Positions 1 to 7,670 of a stretch of DNA of 11,603 nucleotides are shown piece by piece. The position numbers were made by a program, and so were the translations under genes. This DNA comes from a bacterium. GTDB taxonomy: Bacteria; Patescibacteriota; Patescibacteriia; SG8-24. The stretch spans positions 1-11,603 of the forward strand of contig JAHFIV010000036.1 in NCBI GenBank assembly GCA_023246225.1, in the 5' to 3' direction. The notes beneath the pieces were generated by a model. It had not been told where the DNA came from. It saw only the letters and a program-made list of their open reading frames with translations, and searched no databases. How positions within the stretch are numbered: position 1 is the first letter of the stretch; every line of letters begins with the position of its first letter.

Positions 1-128
1 CCTCCGAGCCGGAATCCAAAAAAATACAAAAGCCAAACGAATCTCGTTTGGCTTTTTTTACGTTCTGGATTCCGGCTCGGAGGCCGGAATGACAAGAAGT
101 GGGTCCCGGATCAAGGCCGGAATGACAA
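1..128. repeat. Copy A of an intergenic nested-inverted-repeat element (MITE/BIME-like), truncated on the left by the window edge. The right arm TTCTGGATTCCGGCTCGGAGGCCGGAATGACAA runs 63-95, with an extra outer half-repeat GGCCGGAATGACA at 115-127.
   Basis: Near-identical to copies at 2444-2598, 6085-6258 and 7671-7816. The arms are reverse complements of each other around a central hairpin. The right flank GAATGACAAGAAGTGGGT is shared with copy D. Confidence 0.8.
17..59. terminator. Bidirectional rho-independent terminator inside repeat copy A. It lies downstream of aceA on the minus strand.
   Basis: A-tract 17-31. Hairpin GCCAAACGA-ATCT-CGTTTGGC at 32-52. T7 tract 53-59. On the minus strand the hairpin is followed by TTTTGTATTTTTTT. 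The aceA stop codon is at 142-144. Confidence 0.7.
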
Positions 129-141
129 AAAGAGCAAATCG

Positions 142-1452
142 TTACTTCGTAGGATCACCCTCGATCGGTGCCACGAACTGCGCAGCCTCGGTGGAACCCT
201 TGAGCGCGGTCGTCGACGACTGACCGCTTGAGATCACCTCTGCGACAGCGTCGAAGTATCCGGTACCGACCTCGCGCTGATGACGCGTCGCGGTGTACCC
301 CGCCGCTTCGCTTGCGAACTCGCGATCCTGGAGTGCGGCGTATGCCGACATGCCAGACTTCGCGTACTCGCGTCCGAGATCGAACATCGACAGGTTCAAC
401 GCGTGAAATCCTGCGAGGGTCACGAACTGGAACTTGTATCCCATCGCAGCGATGTCGCGCTGAAACGATGCGATCGCGGCGTCGCTCAGATGTTTCCGCC
501 AGTTGAACGACGGCGAACAGTTGTACGCGAGCAACTTGCCCGGGAACTTCGCGTGCACCGCTGCGGCGAACTGCTTCGCCTCTGCGATGTCGGGAGTCGA
601 CGTCTCGCACCAGAGCATGTCTGCGTACGGTGCGTACGCGAGCGCGCGTGCGATCGCACACTCAATTCCACCGCGAATGCGGAAGTATCCTTCGGGCGTC
701 CGCTCGCCGGTGCAAAACGGTTTGTCACCAGCATCGATGTCCGACGTGAGCAGCGTCGCGCTGTGTGCGTCGGTTCTCGCGATGATCACCGTCGGCACAT
801 CCTCCACGTCCGCAGCGAGTCGCGCGGCGATGAGCGTTCGAATGAACTGACTCTGCGGCACGAGCACCTTGCCTCCGAGATGACCGCACTTCTTCTCCGA
901 AGAGAGCTGATCCTCGAAATGCACGGCGGCCGCGCCAGCCGCGATCATCGCCTTCATCATCTCGAACGTGTTCAGCGGTCCACCGAATCCCGCCTCGGCG
1001 TCCGCGATGATCGGCGCGTACCAATGCGTGGTGTCACCCTTGTTCTCGCTGGACGCGATCTGATCCTGACGCCTGAGCGCCTGATTGATGCGACGAACGA
1101 GTATCGGAACGCTGTTCGCGGGGTAGAGGCTCTGGTCGGGGTAGGTTTCGCCGGCGAGATTCGCATCCGCCGCCACCTGCCAACCGCTGCAGTAGATCGC
1201 CCTGAGTCCCGCGCGCACCGACTGCACCGCCTGGCCGCCAGTGAGACAACCGAGTGCTGCGACGTGCTCTGTTCCCTGGAGCATCCCCCAGAGACGAAGT
1301 GCGCCGTGACCGGCGAACGTGTGCGAAATGCGGAGCGAACCCTGCAATCGCGAAACATCATCCTCTGAGTACGGCCGCACGATCCCGTGCCAACGCGAAC
1401 CAGACCATCGCTGCACCGCACCACCACCGCCTACCACCCAATCGATACCCAT
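142..1452 (-). CDS. aceA: Isocitrate lyase (glyoxylate shunt).
   Basis: Contains the ICL signature [13 protein letters not shown]. Aligns along its length with mycobacterial and E. coli isocitrate lyase from memory ([51 protein letters not shown]). The start is placed at MGIDW (ATG at 1450-1452) because AAGGAGG sits 5 nt upstream. The track's ORF begins 51 nt earlier with no SD. Confidence 0.93.
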   Translation of the reverse strand: MGIDWVVGGGGAVQRWSGSRWHGIVRPYSEDDVSRLQGSLRISHTFAGHGALRLWGMLQGTEHVAALGCLTGGQAVQSVRAGLRAIYCSGWQVAADANLAGETYPDQSLYPANSVPILVRRINQALRRQDQIASSENKGDTTHWYAPIIADAEAGFGGPLNTFEMMKAMIAAGAAAVHFEDQLSSEKKCGHLGGKVLVPQSQFIRTLIAARLAADVEDVPTVIIARTDAHSATLLTSDIDAGDKPFCTGERTPEGYFRIRGGIECAIARALAYAPYADMLWCETSTPDIAEAKQFAAAVHAKFPGKLLAYNCSPSFNWRKHLSDAAIASFQRDIAAMGYKFQFVTLAGFHALNLSMFDLGREYAKSGMSAYAALQDREFASEAAGYTATRHQREVGTGYFDAVAEVISSGQSSTTALKGSTEAAQFVAPIEGDPTK

Positions 1453-1626
1453 CGCATCCTCCTTCTGACGCGTCCTTCCGGAAGCGCTCAAAAACGCTAG
1501 CATGAACGCGGCCTAAGTTCAATAGTTGACTTTTTAGGGGAAATCTGTCAGGATCTGAACGGTTCATTTTCCGCCGTTTCGACGGTACAACCCCACAAAC
1601 ACCGGCAAAACCGGAGAAGGCACGTC

Positions 1627-2373
1627 ATGTTCACCTTGTTCATGTTCGGTTCCGCAGCGTTCTGGATCCTCCTCGTGATCCACGGGATCATCCTGGTCGC
1701 GTTCGTCGAGAACGAGAGGCCCGGCTGGGCGACAGCCTCGTTCATCGCCCTCGTCGCCACGCTCGGCTTCCTCGGCGACTTCAACATCGTCAAAGCCGCG
1801 TTCGGCCACCTCGGCCTCACCGCAGGCTTCCTCGCGGCCTACTTCGTCCTCGGCACGGCGTACTCAGCGTACAAGTGGCGGAAGTACGTCACGATCCTGG
1901 GCAAGGAGTACGACGAGCTGAAGGCGAACTTCCTCCAGGCCTACGGCATCCAAGGCACCGATATCCCTGACATACACCTGCTCGAGTGGCAGCGAACCAG
2001 TCAGGGCTACGGAAGAAGGGAGAGGTTCCCGCGCGAGTTCAACGGAGTCCCCCAGGTCGAGCACAATAAGCGGCGCGTCCTCGCATGGATGTGCTACTGG
2101 CCCTGGCTATTCGTGTGGACGGTGATCGATGACCCGGTGCGGCGCGCGTTCAAGGTGATCTTCGAGCGCATCAAGTCTTGGTTGCAGAGCTTCGCGAACA
2201 AGCAGTTCGCCGGAGTCGCGAGCGACTTCCGCTCACCACCTCCGCCGCCGCAGGCTCCCGCAGGGACTGTCGCTGATCCGTTCGCTACCAACACAACCGG
2301 TGCTGGTGCGAACGTCGCCGCGCTCGACTACGACGACGAGAAGACCCCTCTCTCCCCCGTTTCTCCCGCCTAG
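1627..2373 (+). CDS. Hypothetical polytopic membrane protein with a Pro-rich C-terminal tail (PPPPPQAPAG).
   Basis: GGAGAAGG lies 8 nt upstream of the ATG. Three N-terminal hydrophobic helices and a fourth around VLAWMCYWPWLFVWTVI. High-GC third-position usage. No recognised family. Confidence 0.7.
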   Translation: MFTLFMFGSAAFWILLVIHGIILVAFVENERPGWATASFIALVATLGFLGDFNIVKAAFGHLGLTAGFLAAYFVLGTAYSAYKWRKYVTILGKEYDELKANFLQAYGIQGTDIPDIHLLEWQRTSQGYGRRERFPREFNGVPQVEHNKRRVLAWMCYWPWLFVWTVIDDPVRRAFKVIFERIKSWLQSFANKQFAGVASDFRSPPPPPQAPAGTVADPFATNTTGAGANVAALDYDDEKTPLSPVSPA

Positions 2374-2392
2374 TCGCGACACATCACAATAC

Positions 2393-2423
2393 GAGACTCG
2401 TCATGACGACGAGTCTCTTTTTT
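2393..2423 (+). terminator. Rho-independent terminator of the 1627-2373 gene.
   Basis: Perfect 10-bp stem GAGACTCGTC/GACGAGTCTC at 2393-2402 and 2408-2417, with a 5-nt loop, followed by TTTTTT. Confidence 0.8.
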
Positions 2424-2443
2424 AATATATTGTTTCCCTCTTT

Positions 2444-2598
2444 TGTCATTCCGGGCCGTCTTTCTTTGTCATTCCGGCCTCCGAGCCGGAATCCAGAAAA
2501 ATAAAAAGAACAAACAAAATTCGTTTGGTCTTCTTTTTTACGATTCTGGATTCCGGCTCGGAGGCCGGAATGACAAAAAAATATGGGCTGGAATGACA
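2444..2598. repeat. Copy B of the nested-inverted-repeat element.
   Basis: Left half-repeats TGTCATTCCGGGCC and TTGTCATTCCGGCCTCCGAGCCGGAATCCAGAAA. Central A-rich run then CAAAC..GTTTGG then T-rich run. Right arm TTCTGGATTCCGGCTCGGAGGCCGGAATGACAA plus outer GGCTGGAATGACA. Confidence 0.85.
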
Positions 2599-2611
2599 AT
2601 GAAAAAGTGAG

Positions 2612-2647
2612 CAATAAAAAATCCCCTGAAGCGTGATGCTTCAGGGG
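2612..2647 (-). terminator. Rho-independent terminator of the flotillin gene.
   Basis: Perfect 10-bp stem CCCCTGAAGC/GCTTCAGGGG with loop GTGAT. On the minus strand it is followed by ATTTTTTATT. Confidence 0.8.
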
Positions 2648-2673
2648 GCGAGACAAACTCTCTTCTTCTGTTA

Positions 2674-4494
2674 CTAGCCGCCGTTCGCGACGCCGACCTT
2701 GGCCGGTGCCGCCTGCGGTGCGGGGGTGGAAACGGGTGCGCTCCCGCTGTCCTCGGCGGATCCGCTGAGACGTGTAGCCGCGGCGTTCAGCACCTTGCCG
2801 AGCGTCGCACCGGCACCTTGGACGATCTCCTTGGTGTCGTTGCTGGCGGCGGCGAAGAAGCCGTCGACCTTGGTCGCGAGCGTCATGCCGTCCATGAAGC
2901 TCCTGCTCATCCTGCCGACGTCCTCGGGGCTGCCGAAGACCTGCGCCGAGATGGAGCTGGAGAACTGGGCCATGGCCTTGGCACCTTCGATGCGGATCTC
3001 CGCCTCCTTGGTGATACGCAGCTTGGCGAGCTCGAAGTCCTGCATCGCCGAACCGTGCTCTGCGCGAGCCTCGAGCTCCTTCAGAAGCACGTTGACCTTG
3101 CGCTGCTCGACGTCGACTTGCGCGCTGGCCACGTCGACCGGCACCATCGCCTCGGCCTTCTGACCTCTGGCACGTGCCTCGGCCGCGGTGGACTCGGCGT
3201 TCGCCTTCTTGGTGATCGCCTCCGCCTCTGCGTCCGCGGCAGCCTTCTGGCCTTCGGCTTTCTTCTGGAGTCCGTAAGCCACGGCGTCCGCGGCCTTCTG
3301 GGCCTGGACGTACGCTGTCTGCGCGGTCGCTTCGGCGCCGATGACCTGCGTGGTCTTGGCGCGCTCGGCTTCGGCGGTGACCTTCACGGTCGTGATCGCC
3401 TGCCGCTCGGTCTCGCGCGCGGCTTCCGCCGTGGCGAGCTCGGCTTCCTTCGCCGTGCGTCCCGCTTCGGCCTGCGCGATCGCCGCCTGCTTGGTGCGTT
3501 CGGCGACCTCGATCGCTTGCTGCTGGGTGCGCTTGGCGACCTCGATCGCTTGCTGCTTGTCGATGTCGGCGAGATCGATCGCTTTCGTGGTGGCGATCTT
3601 CTCCTGCTCCGTCGCCTGGGTCTGCTGCGCCTGGGCGACAGCGATCAGCGACTGCTGTGTGGCTTCGGCTTCAGCCTGTTCACGCAGCAGATCCAGCACC
3701 GCCTTCTTGGTGGTGACGTCCTGCGAGGTCCGCGCCTGCTCTCCCTCACGCTCGAGCTGGTTGCGCTCGGTCTTCTTGGCCTGCACGATGCGAGCCACGA
3801 CTGCCGCACCCTGCGCATCGAAGATGTTGTGATCGCTATTTAGGGCCACGAGATCGGTCTGATCGAGCTTGGAGATGGTGACACCTTCGAGTGTGAAGCC
3901 GTTCTGCTGCAACTCGAACTTCACGATCTTCGTGACCTCCGCCACAAACTGATCACGCTCTCGATTGAGAGCTTCGAGATTCATGGTAGTTGCAACGGAA
4001 CGAAGGGCTGACACGAGCTTGGTTTCGATGAACTCGTTGAAAAGCTTCCAGTCCCCCATGTACTCGCTGCATGAACGTGCCGCTTGCTGGATGCTGTCGA
4101 GATCGGGTTGCACCCGAATGTAAAACTCCGTGGTCACATCGGCACGAAGCATGTCCTTGGTGAGGAGCGCGTTCTTGCCATCTTTTGCGACCACAAGCTT
4201 CCTGCTGCCGAGTGGGACTCGAACGAGCGTATGCATGAACGAGATGACCAGCACACCACCATCCTTGATCACCTTCATTCCACCCGTACCCGTGCGGACG
4301 AGAGCCTCGTTGGCCTTCGTCTTGTGGTAAAGGTGAGTGACTGTGGCAAGAATGCCGGCGAGGATCGTGAGTGCAACTCCGCACACGAGCAACACTGTGG
4401 TTGCGAGGATGCCGAGCGAATGCCCGAGCGCGCTTGCGGTGACCGGTCCTGCGATGAGCAGGAGTCCGAAGACGAGGAGTAGTACGATTCCCAT
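2674..4494 (-). CDS. SPFH/band-7 flotillin-like protein (YqiK-like) with an N-terminal membrane anchor and a long Ala/Glu/Gln-rich coiled coil.
   Basis: EALVRTGTGGMKVIKDGGVLV matches the E. coli YqiK QAFVRTGLGGQKVVMSGGAIV region. An SPFH core is followed by about 250 aa of EAEA/QQA heptad-hendecad repeats. The start is chosen at MGIVLLL (ATG 4492-4494, weak GGAAAGAGAG upstream). The alternative ATG at 4548 has no SD. Confidence 0.85.
   Translation of the reverse strand: MGIVLLLVFGLLLIAGPVTASALGHSLGILATTVLLVCGVALTILAGILATVTHLYHKTKANEALVRTGTGGMKVIKDGGVLVISFMHTLVRVPLGSRKLVVAKDGKNALLTKDMLRADVTTEFYIRVQPDLDSIQQAARSCSEYMGDWKLFNEFIETKLVSALRSVATTMNLEALNRERDQFVAEVTKIVKFELQQNGFTLEGVTISKLDQTDLVALNSDHNIFDAQGAAVVARIVQAKKTERNQLEREGEQARTSQDVTTKKAVLDLLREQAEAEATQQSLIAVAQAQQTQATEQEKIATTKAIDLADIDKQQAIEVAKRTQQQAIEVAERTKQAAIAQAEAGRTAKEAELATAEAARETERQAITTVKVTAEAERAKTTQVIGAEATAQTAYVQAQKAADAVAYGLQKKAEGQKAAADAEAEAITKKANAESTAAEARARGQKAEAMVPVDVASAQVDVEQRKVNVLLKELEARAEHGSAMQDFELAKLRITKEAEIRIEGAKAMAQFSSSISAQVFGSPEDVGRMSRSFMDGMTLATKVDGFFAAASNDTKEIVQGAGATLGKVLNAAATRLSGSAEDSGSAPVSTPAPQAAPAKVGVANGG
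3502..3590. repeat. In-frame 33-nt tandem repeat, two good copies and a diverged third, inside the flotillin coiled-coil region.
   Basis: GGCGACCTCGATCGCTTGCTGCT occurs at 3502-3524 and 3535-3557. A third unit GGCGAGATCGATCGCTTTCG follows at 3568-3590. This encodes 11-aa repeats QQAIEVAKRT, QQQAIEVAERT and KQAAIAQAEAG. Confidence 0.7.
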
Positions 4495-4553
4495 GGTGGT
4501 CTCTCTTTCCGTTTCGTTGGGTTGGGGGTTGGTGTTTTCGTGTCTCATGAAGT

Positions 4554-5270
4554 TCAGTGCGTCGTCGTCAGGTCGTCGGCGGGGTTCGCCTCGACCGTGA
4601 AGCAGTCCTGTTCCTGATCGTAGTCGATGATCAGAATCTCTATTCCCTTCGGAAGCTCACCGTTCTCGGTGCGCACCGCGATGTCGTAGACACCGCCTTT
4701 CGAATCCAAAACTCTCGCGAGCCCGAACTTCTGATCAGCGGGGAGAAGCAGAGTGCCGGTCGTACCGACGAAGTCCTGCTTGCGGACGTTGTGCGTCTCG
4801 GTCATCGGCATCACGCGGTTCAGCCCGCGAGCGATCTTCCCCGTGAGGAAAAACGACACGAGAGAAGCGACTGCGAACGATACCGGTGCGTAGACGTACA
4901 CTGAGACGAGCGACTGGAGCGCCGCGTTCACGATCAGACCTGTGCAGCCGAACACCATCGACATGATCATCAGAATGATCGTGACCGGGACGCGCCCGAT
5001 ACCGATGTAGCTGAACAGCCTGGAGAAGAACGAACGCTCGTTTCCCTCTCCGGCGGGTGCGACCGCGAGCGGGTTGTGGCCGCGCTCGTTGTCGGTGTCG
5101 TGATCGTGCTCGGTGTCGTGACCGACGTCGTGATCTCCCTCGATGTCGTGATCGACATCGAGGTCGGCATCGTGGCCGATGAAGCCCAGCACTGCGCCGA
5201 GGACCAGCAAGATGCCGAATCCGAGCGAGATGATGAAAATCAGATTCTGTGGCTCGAGAAAAAACTCCAT
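4554..5270 (-). CDS. NfeD/YqiJ-like membrane protein, the usual operon partner of SPFH proteins, with a His/Asp-rich loop.
   Basis: Sits immediately upstream of the flotillin gene and is co-oriented with it. It has N-terminal TM helices, a C-terminal soluble beta-rich domain (VYDIAVRTENGELPKGIEILIIDYD), and a loop GHDADLDVDHDIEGDHDVGHDTEHDHDTD. The start is chosen at MEFFLEP (ATG 5268-5270) because AGAGGAG sits 6 nt upstream. The upstream ATG at 5297 has no SD. Confidence 0.75.
   Translation of the reverse strand: MEFFLEPQNLIFIISLGFGILLVLGAVLGFIGHDADLDVDHDIEGDHDVGHDTEHDHDTDNERGHNPLAVAPAGEGNERSFFSRLFSYIGIGRVPVTIILMIMSMVFGCTGLIVNAALQSLVSVYVYAPVSFAVASLVSFFLTGKIARGLNRVMPMTETHNVRKQDFVGTTGTLLLPADQKFGLARVLDSKGGVYDIAVRTENGELPKGIEILIIDYDQEQDCFTVEANPADDLTTTH
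5090..5180. repeat. Degenerate GTCGTGATC-like short repeat tract encoding the His-Asp-rich loop.
   Basis: Minus-strand coding of HD dipeptide runs. The plus strand shows reiterated gtcgtgatc / gtcgtgacc / gtcggcatcgtg units. Confidence 0.45.
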
Positions 5271-5403
5271 GAGTGACTCCTCTTGCACGTCGCTCATGAG
5301 CGAACGTGTCTTGTGTTGGGGTTGTGGTTGTCAACGTGCCATGCGTTGAGTGCTTTCTGTGGCCCCTCACGCATCAGTCTCTTACCAAGAGAGTGCGATT
5401 TTG

Positions 5404-6042
5404 TCAAGATTTAGTGTCTTTTGCCTTAAAAATTTCGAAAATCGGGGGGAGGAGAGAGATCACGATAATCGCGAGAATGATGAGCGTAAAATTGTGCCGC
5501 ACGGCGGGAAGATTGCCGAAAAAGTACCCGCCGAGCGTAAACAGTGCGATCCAAAGCGCACCACCAACGACATTGTATATAAGGAAGGTGCGATAACGCA
5601 TTCGCCCGACTCCCGCCACGAACGGAGCAAATGTGCGGACGATCGGCATGAACCGCGCAATCACGATCGTCTTTGCGCCATACTTTTCATAAAAATGCTG
5701 CGTACGTTCGAGGTGCGCAGGACGGATTTTTATCCCAAAAAATGTGCCACGCGCGATGATCGATGCGCCGATACGCCGCCCGATCCAATAATTCACGGTG
5801 TCACCGAGAACAGCGGCGAGTATACAAAGGAAGAGAAGCGCAGAAAGATGCAGCGCGCCGTTTGCTGCGAAAGCCCCCGCAGCAAAAAGCAGCGAGTCAC
5901 CGGGGAGAAACGGTGTGACAACGAGTCCAGTCTCACAGAACAGCACAACAAAAAGTACGCCGTACGTTCCTGCGCCATACTGCGCGATTACGTTCGCGAG
6001 ATGGGTGTCGAGATGGAGAAAGAGGTCGATGAGTACGTGCAT
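5404..6042 (-). CDS. DedA-family (VTT/SNARE-associated domain) inner-membrane protein.
   Basis: FCETGLVVTPFLPGDSLLFAAGAFAA is the DedA hallmark. The length and topology resemble E. coli YqjA/YghB. Confidence 0.85.
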   Translation of the reverse strand: MHVLIDLFLHLDTHLANVIAQYGAGTYGVLFVVLFCETGLVVTPFLPGDSLLFAAGAFAANGALHLSALLFLCILAAVLGDTVNYWIGRRIGASIIARGTFFGIKIRPAHLERTQHFYEKYGAKTIVIARFMPIVRTFAPFVAGVGRMRYRTFLIYNVVGGALWIALFTLGGYFFGNLPAVRHNFTLIILAIIVISLLPPIFEIFKAKDTKS

Positions 6043-6062
6043 ATATGTCTAGAGACCCCGTT

Positions 6063-6090
6063 AGTATACATGTCCCTTCTCCATTGTCAT
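6063..6090 (-). promoter_or_regulatory. Putative sigma70-type promoter for the DedA gene, with the -35 supplied by the repeat terminus.
   Basis: On the minus strand: ATGACA (the complement of 6085-6090, which is the TGTCAT end of repeat copy C), a 16-nt spacer, then TATACT (complement of 6063-6068). This places the start site about 14 nt upstream of the ATG at 6042. Confidence 0.35.
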
Positions 6091-6258
6091 TCCGGCCAAC
6101 CTTTGTTGTCATCCCGGACCTCCCTCTCTTGTCATTCCGGCCTCCGAGCCGGAATCCAGAAACGTAAAAAAGGATCAAATAAAATCTGCTTGGTTACTTT
6201 GTTGCGTGGATTCCGGCTCGGAGGCCGGAATGACAAAGAAAGATGGTCCAGAATGACA
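6085..6258. repeat. Copy C of the nested-inverted-repeat element, with a degenerate central hairpin.
   Basis: Three left half-repeats (TGTCATTCCGGCC, TGTCATCCCGGACC, TGTCATTCCGGCCTCCGAGCCGGAATCCAGAAA) and two right ones (GGCCGGAATGACAA, CCAGAATGACA). The centre is CAAATAAAATCTGCTTGG with no clean T-tract. Confidence 0.85.
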
Positions 6259-6266
6259 ATCGCGAT

Positions 6267-6297
6267 AAGAAAAAACGTCCCGCAATAATGCGAGACG
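6267..6297 (-). terminator. Rho-independent terminator of the 6305-6790 gene.
   Basis: Hairpin CGTCCCGCA-ATAA-TGCGAGACG, a 9-bp stem with one mismatch. On the minus strand it is followed by TTTTTTCTT. The stop codon is at 6305-6307. Confidence 0.55.
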
Positions 6298-6304
6298 CCG
6301 CGTG

Positions 6305-6790
6305 TTACCAGGGGATCAGACGCCTGAGCAGCTCCGACCAGTTCTGCATGATGTCTGCGTGTCGGAGAAGTTCCTGGTGAGCCGCCACTTCGATCGGATC
6401 CGGAGCGAACAGGTACAAGTACGGAACGTGGTTGATCGCGTACTGCATGATGTGCGGTCGGTCGTCGACGAAGTGCGTCACGTCCTCTGCGATGCACACC
6501 GAGGCCTTCTCCTCTGGGTTACGAACGAACCGCAGAGCCTCTGGCGAAATCCCGGTCTGCTCGTGGAATCCCTTTTCCTTGAGCCATGCCCGCTTCACGC
6601 GCTCGATCTCCGGCGTGCACTGCGAGAGTAGGATTACTCGACCGTCGAAGCATTCGCGGTAGAGTCGCCCCGCACCATCGAACGAGCCCGGGGTCGGCAG
6701 CGCTGCCGCATACCCCTCGGGAGTCGATCCTCCCTGTGCCTTCAACACCGGTCCACCCAAATCGAGCGCCAACTTTTCTTTTCTGGCCAT
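6305..6790 (-). CDS. Hypothetical small soluble protein. It has a weak NT5C/HAD-like N-terminal resemblance, but motif I is degenerate (LALDLGGPV instead of hhDxDGV).
   Basis: AAAGGAG lies 7 nt upstream of the ATG at 6788-6790. The track ORF extends 27 codons further upstream without an SD. The family assignment is tentative. Confidence 0.6.
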   Translation of the reverse strand: MARKEKLALDLGGPVLKAQGGSTPEGYAAALPTPGSFDGAGRLYRECFDGRVILLSQCTPEIERVKRAWLKEKGFHEQTGISPEALRFVRNPEEKASVCIAEDVTHFVDDRPHIMQYAINHVPYLYLFAPDPIEVAAHQELLRHADIMQNWSELLRRLIPW

Positions 6791-6864
6791 GCCCAGCTCC
6801 TTTCGTGAGCCCCTGCACTTCGCAGGAAAAACAGTACACCACACATTTTTGAAATAAGCAAGGG

Positions 6865-6893
6865 TTGACAACGCAAGCGCGCATCACTACGCT
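6865..6893 (+). promoter_or_regulatory. Putative promoter for the 6913 gene.
   Basis: TTGACA at 6865-6870, a 17-nt spacer, then TACGCT at 6888-6893. GGAGG at 6903-6907 precedes the ATG at 6913. Confidence 0.3.
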
Positions 6894-6912
6894 GAGAGTC
6901 TCGGAGGAAACC

Positions 6913-7656
6913 ATGAACCTCGAACAGTTCCTTGATACAAGCCGACGCGAACATACAGAACTCAGCTTGCGTAGCGCGCTCGGTGCGCGACGCATCGATG
7001 CCGCGGAGGCGCTCGAAAAAAACAAACAACTCCTCGAGCGCTACACTGCGGTGATCACCGCATTCGATGGATTAGAGCGGTGCTCGAGCGCAGGGTACAT
7101 GATGCGCGAGCATGTGCGGTGGATGTTTGTTGCGCGGTACACCGCCTCACAGGTGCTGAGCACAGTGAAGCCGACAGCACTCGAATGTGTGATCGTTCCC
7201 GAAGCGATCGTTACGCAGAATCGCCATCTGCCATGCCACGACGCGCTCGCTACTTCTGGTGCATGCGCGATGCGCACCGTCTCTTTCACCAGTCAGCAGA
7301 TCGCCGAGGAAGCTGTAGCGGTATACGCCAGCGCAAACGTTCGCATCGGTGAATACGAAGACGCGTTGATCGAAATGTGTCGCGCCTGCGGAGAAAAATC
7401 GGTTGTGGTTTGCAAGCACTCGATCAAAGTCGAGGAGGACGATCACGAGATCACGCTGTATCGTCTGTGCATGCACTGCCCGAATCTCCAAGAGATCGCG
7501 CGCATGACCAGCCTCGGTCCCACGCACGGTGATCTCGACACGCTCTTTCCGCGGACGACGGAAGTGATAACAGAGGGGGCGGTCGCTCCCACGACTTCCG
7601 CATCCCCCATCCAGACGAATCCAGACGAGGCTACCGCACCCGAACCGGTGCGGTAA
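6913..7656 (+). CDS. Hypothetical Cys-rich protein with a putative zinc ribbon (CRAC-x8-CKH ... CMHC) and a Pro/Thr-rich C-terminus.
   Basis: GGAGG lies 5 nt upstream of the ATG at 6913. The track ORF starts at a TTG at 6865 that coincides with the -35 hexamer. No recognised family. Confidence 0.6.
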   Translation: MNLEQFLDTSRREHTELSLRSALGARRIDAAEALEKNKQLLERYTAVITAFDGLERCSSAGYMMREHVRWMFVARYTASQVLSTVKPTALECVIVPEAIVTQNRHLPCHDALATSGACAMRTVSFTSQQIAEEAVAVYASANVRIGEYEDALIEMCRACGEKSVVVCKHSIKVEEDDHEITLYRLCMHCPNLQEIARMTSLGPTHGDLDTLFPRTTEVITEGAVAPTTSASPIQTNPDEATAPEPVR

Positions 7657-7670
7657 CGACCCTCTTCTTT

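Noticed and set aside
155-1427. Multiple long ORFs (155-661 minus, 228-506 plus, 280-1368 plus, 503-850 plus, 725-1024 minus, 972-1427 minus) overlapping aceA.
   Set aside because: These are alternate-frame open stretches typical of high-GC DNA. They encode Arg/Ser/Pro-rich low-complexity products. The aceA frame has an unmistakable conserved sequence.
1453-1626. Specific promoter or regulator sites (for example RamB/IclR-type operators) in the aceA / membrane-protein divergent region.
   Set aside because: Only weak -35/-10 candidates (TTGAAC...TAGCGT) and a weak imperfect palindrome AGTTCAATAGTTGACT were visible. Not convincing enough to annotate.
2384-2656. The 90-aa ORF spanning repeat copy B, the similar ORFs spanning copy C (5933-6178, part of 5350-6288) and copy D (part of 7147-7866), and the recurring translated peptide SGFRLGGRNDKER they share.
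   Set aside because: These ORFs and the shared peptide are simply translations of the conserved repeat arms. They have no RBS and lie between two terminators.
2699-4482. ORFs 2699-3163, 2818-3843, 3341-3832, 3953-4384, 4084-4482, 4130-4330 and 4337-4600 overlapping the flotillin gene.
   Set aside because: Same high-GC artefact. These are the opposite-strand and off-frame readings of the Ala/Glu-rich coiled-coil coding sequence.
4735-5370. A 211-aa Arg-rich ORF and small ORFs (4970-5170, 5076-5276, 4557-4904) overlapping the NfeD-like gene.
   Set aside because: Off-frame artefacts. The NfeD frame has TM helices and a conserved C-terminal domain.
5340-5400. A hairpin CGCA..TCTCTT-ACC-AAGAGA..TGCG followed by ATTTTGT as a plus-strand terminator.
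   Set aside because: No plus-strand gene ends here. It lies in the NfeD/flotillin promoter region on the minus strand and is more likely incidental or regulatory.
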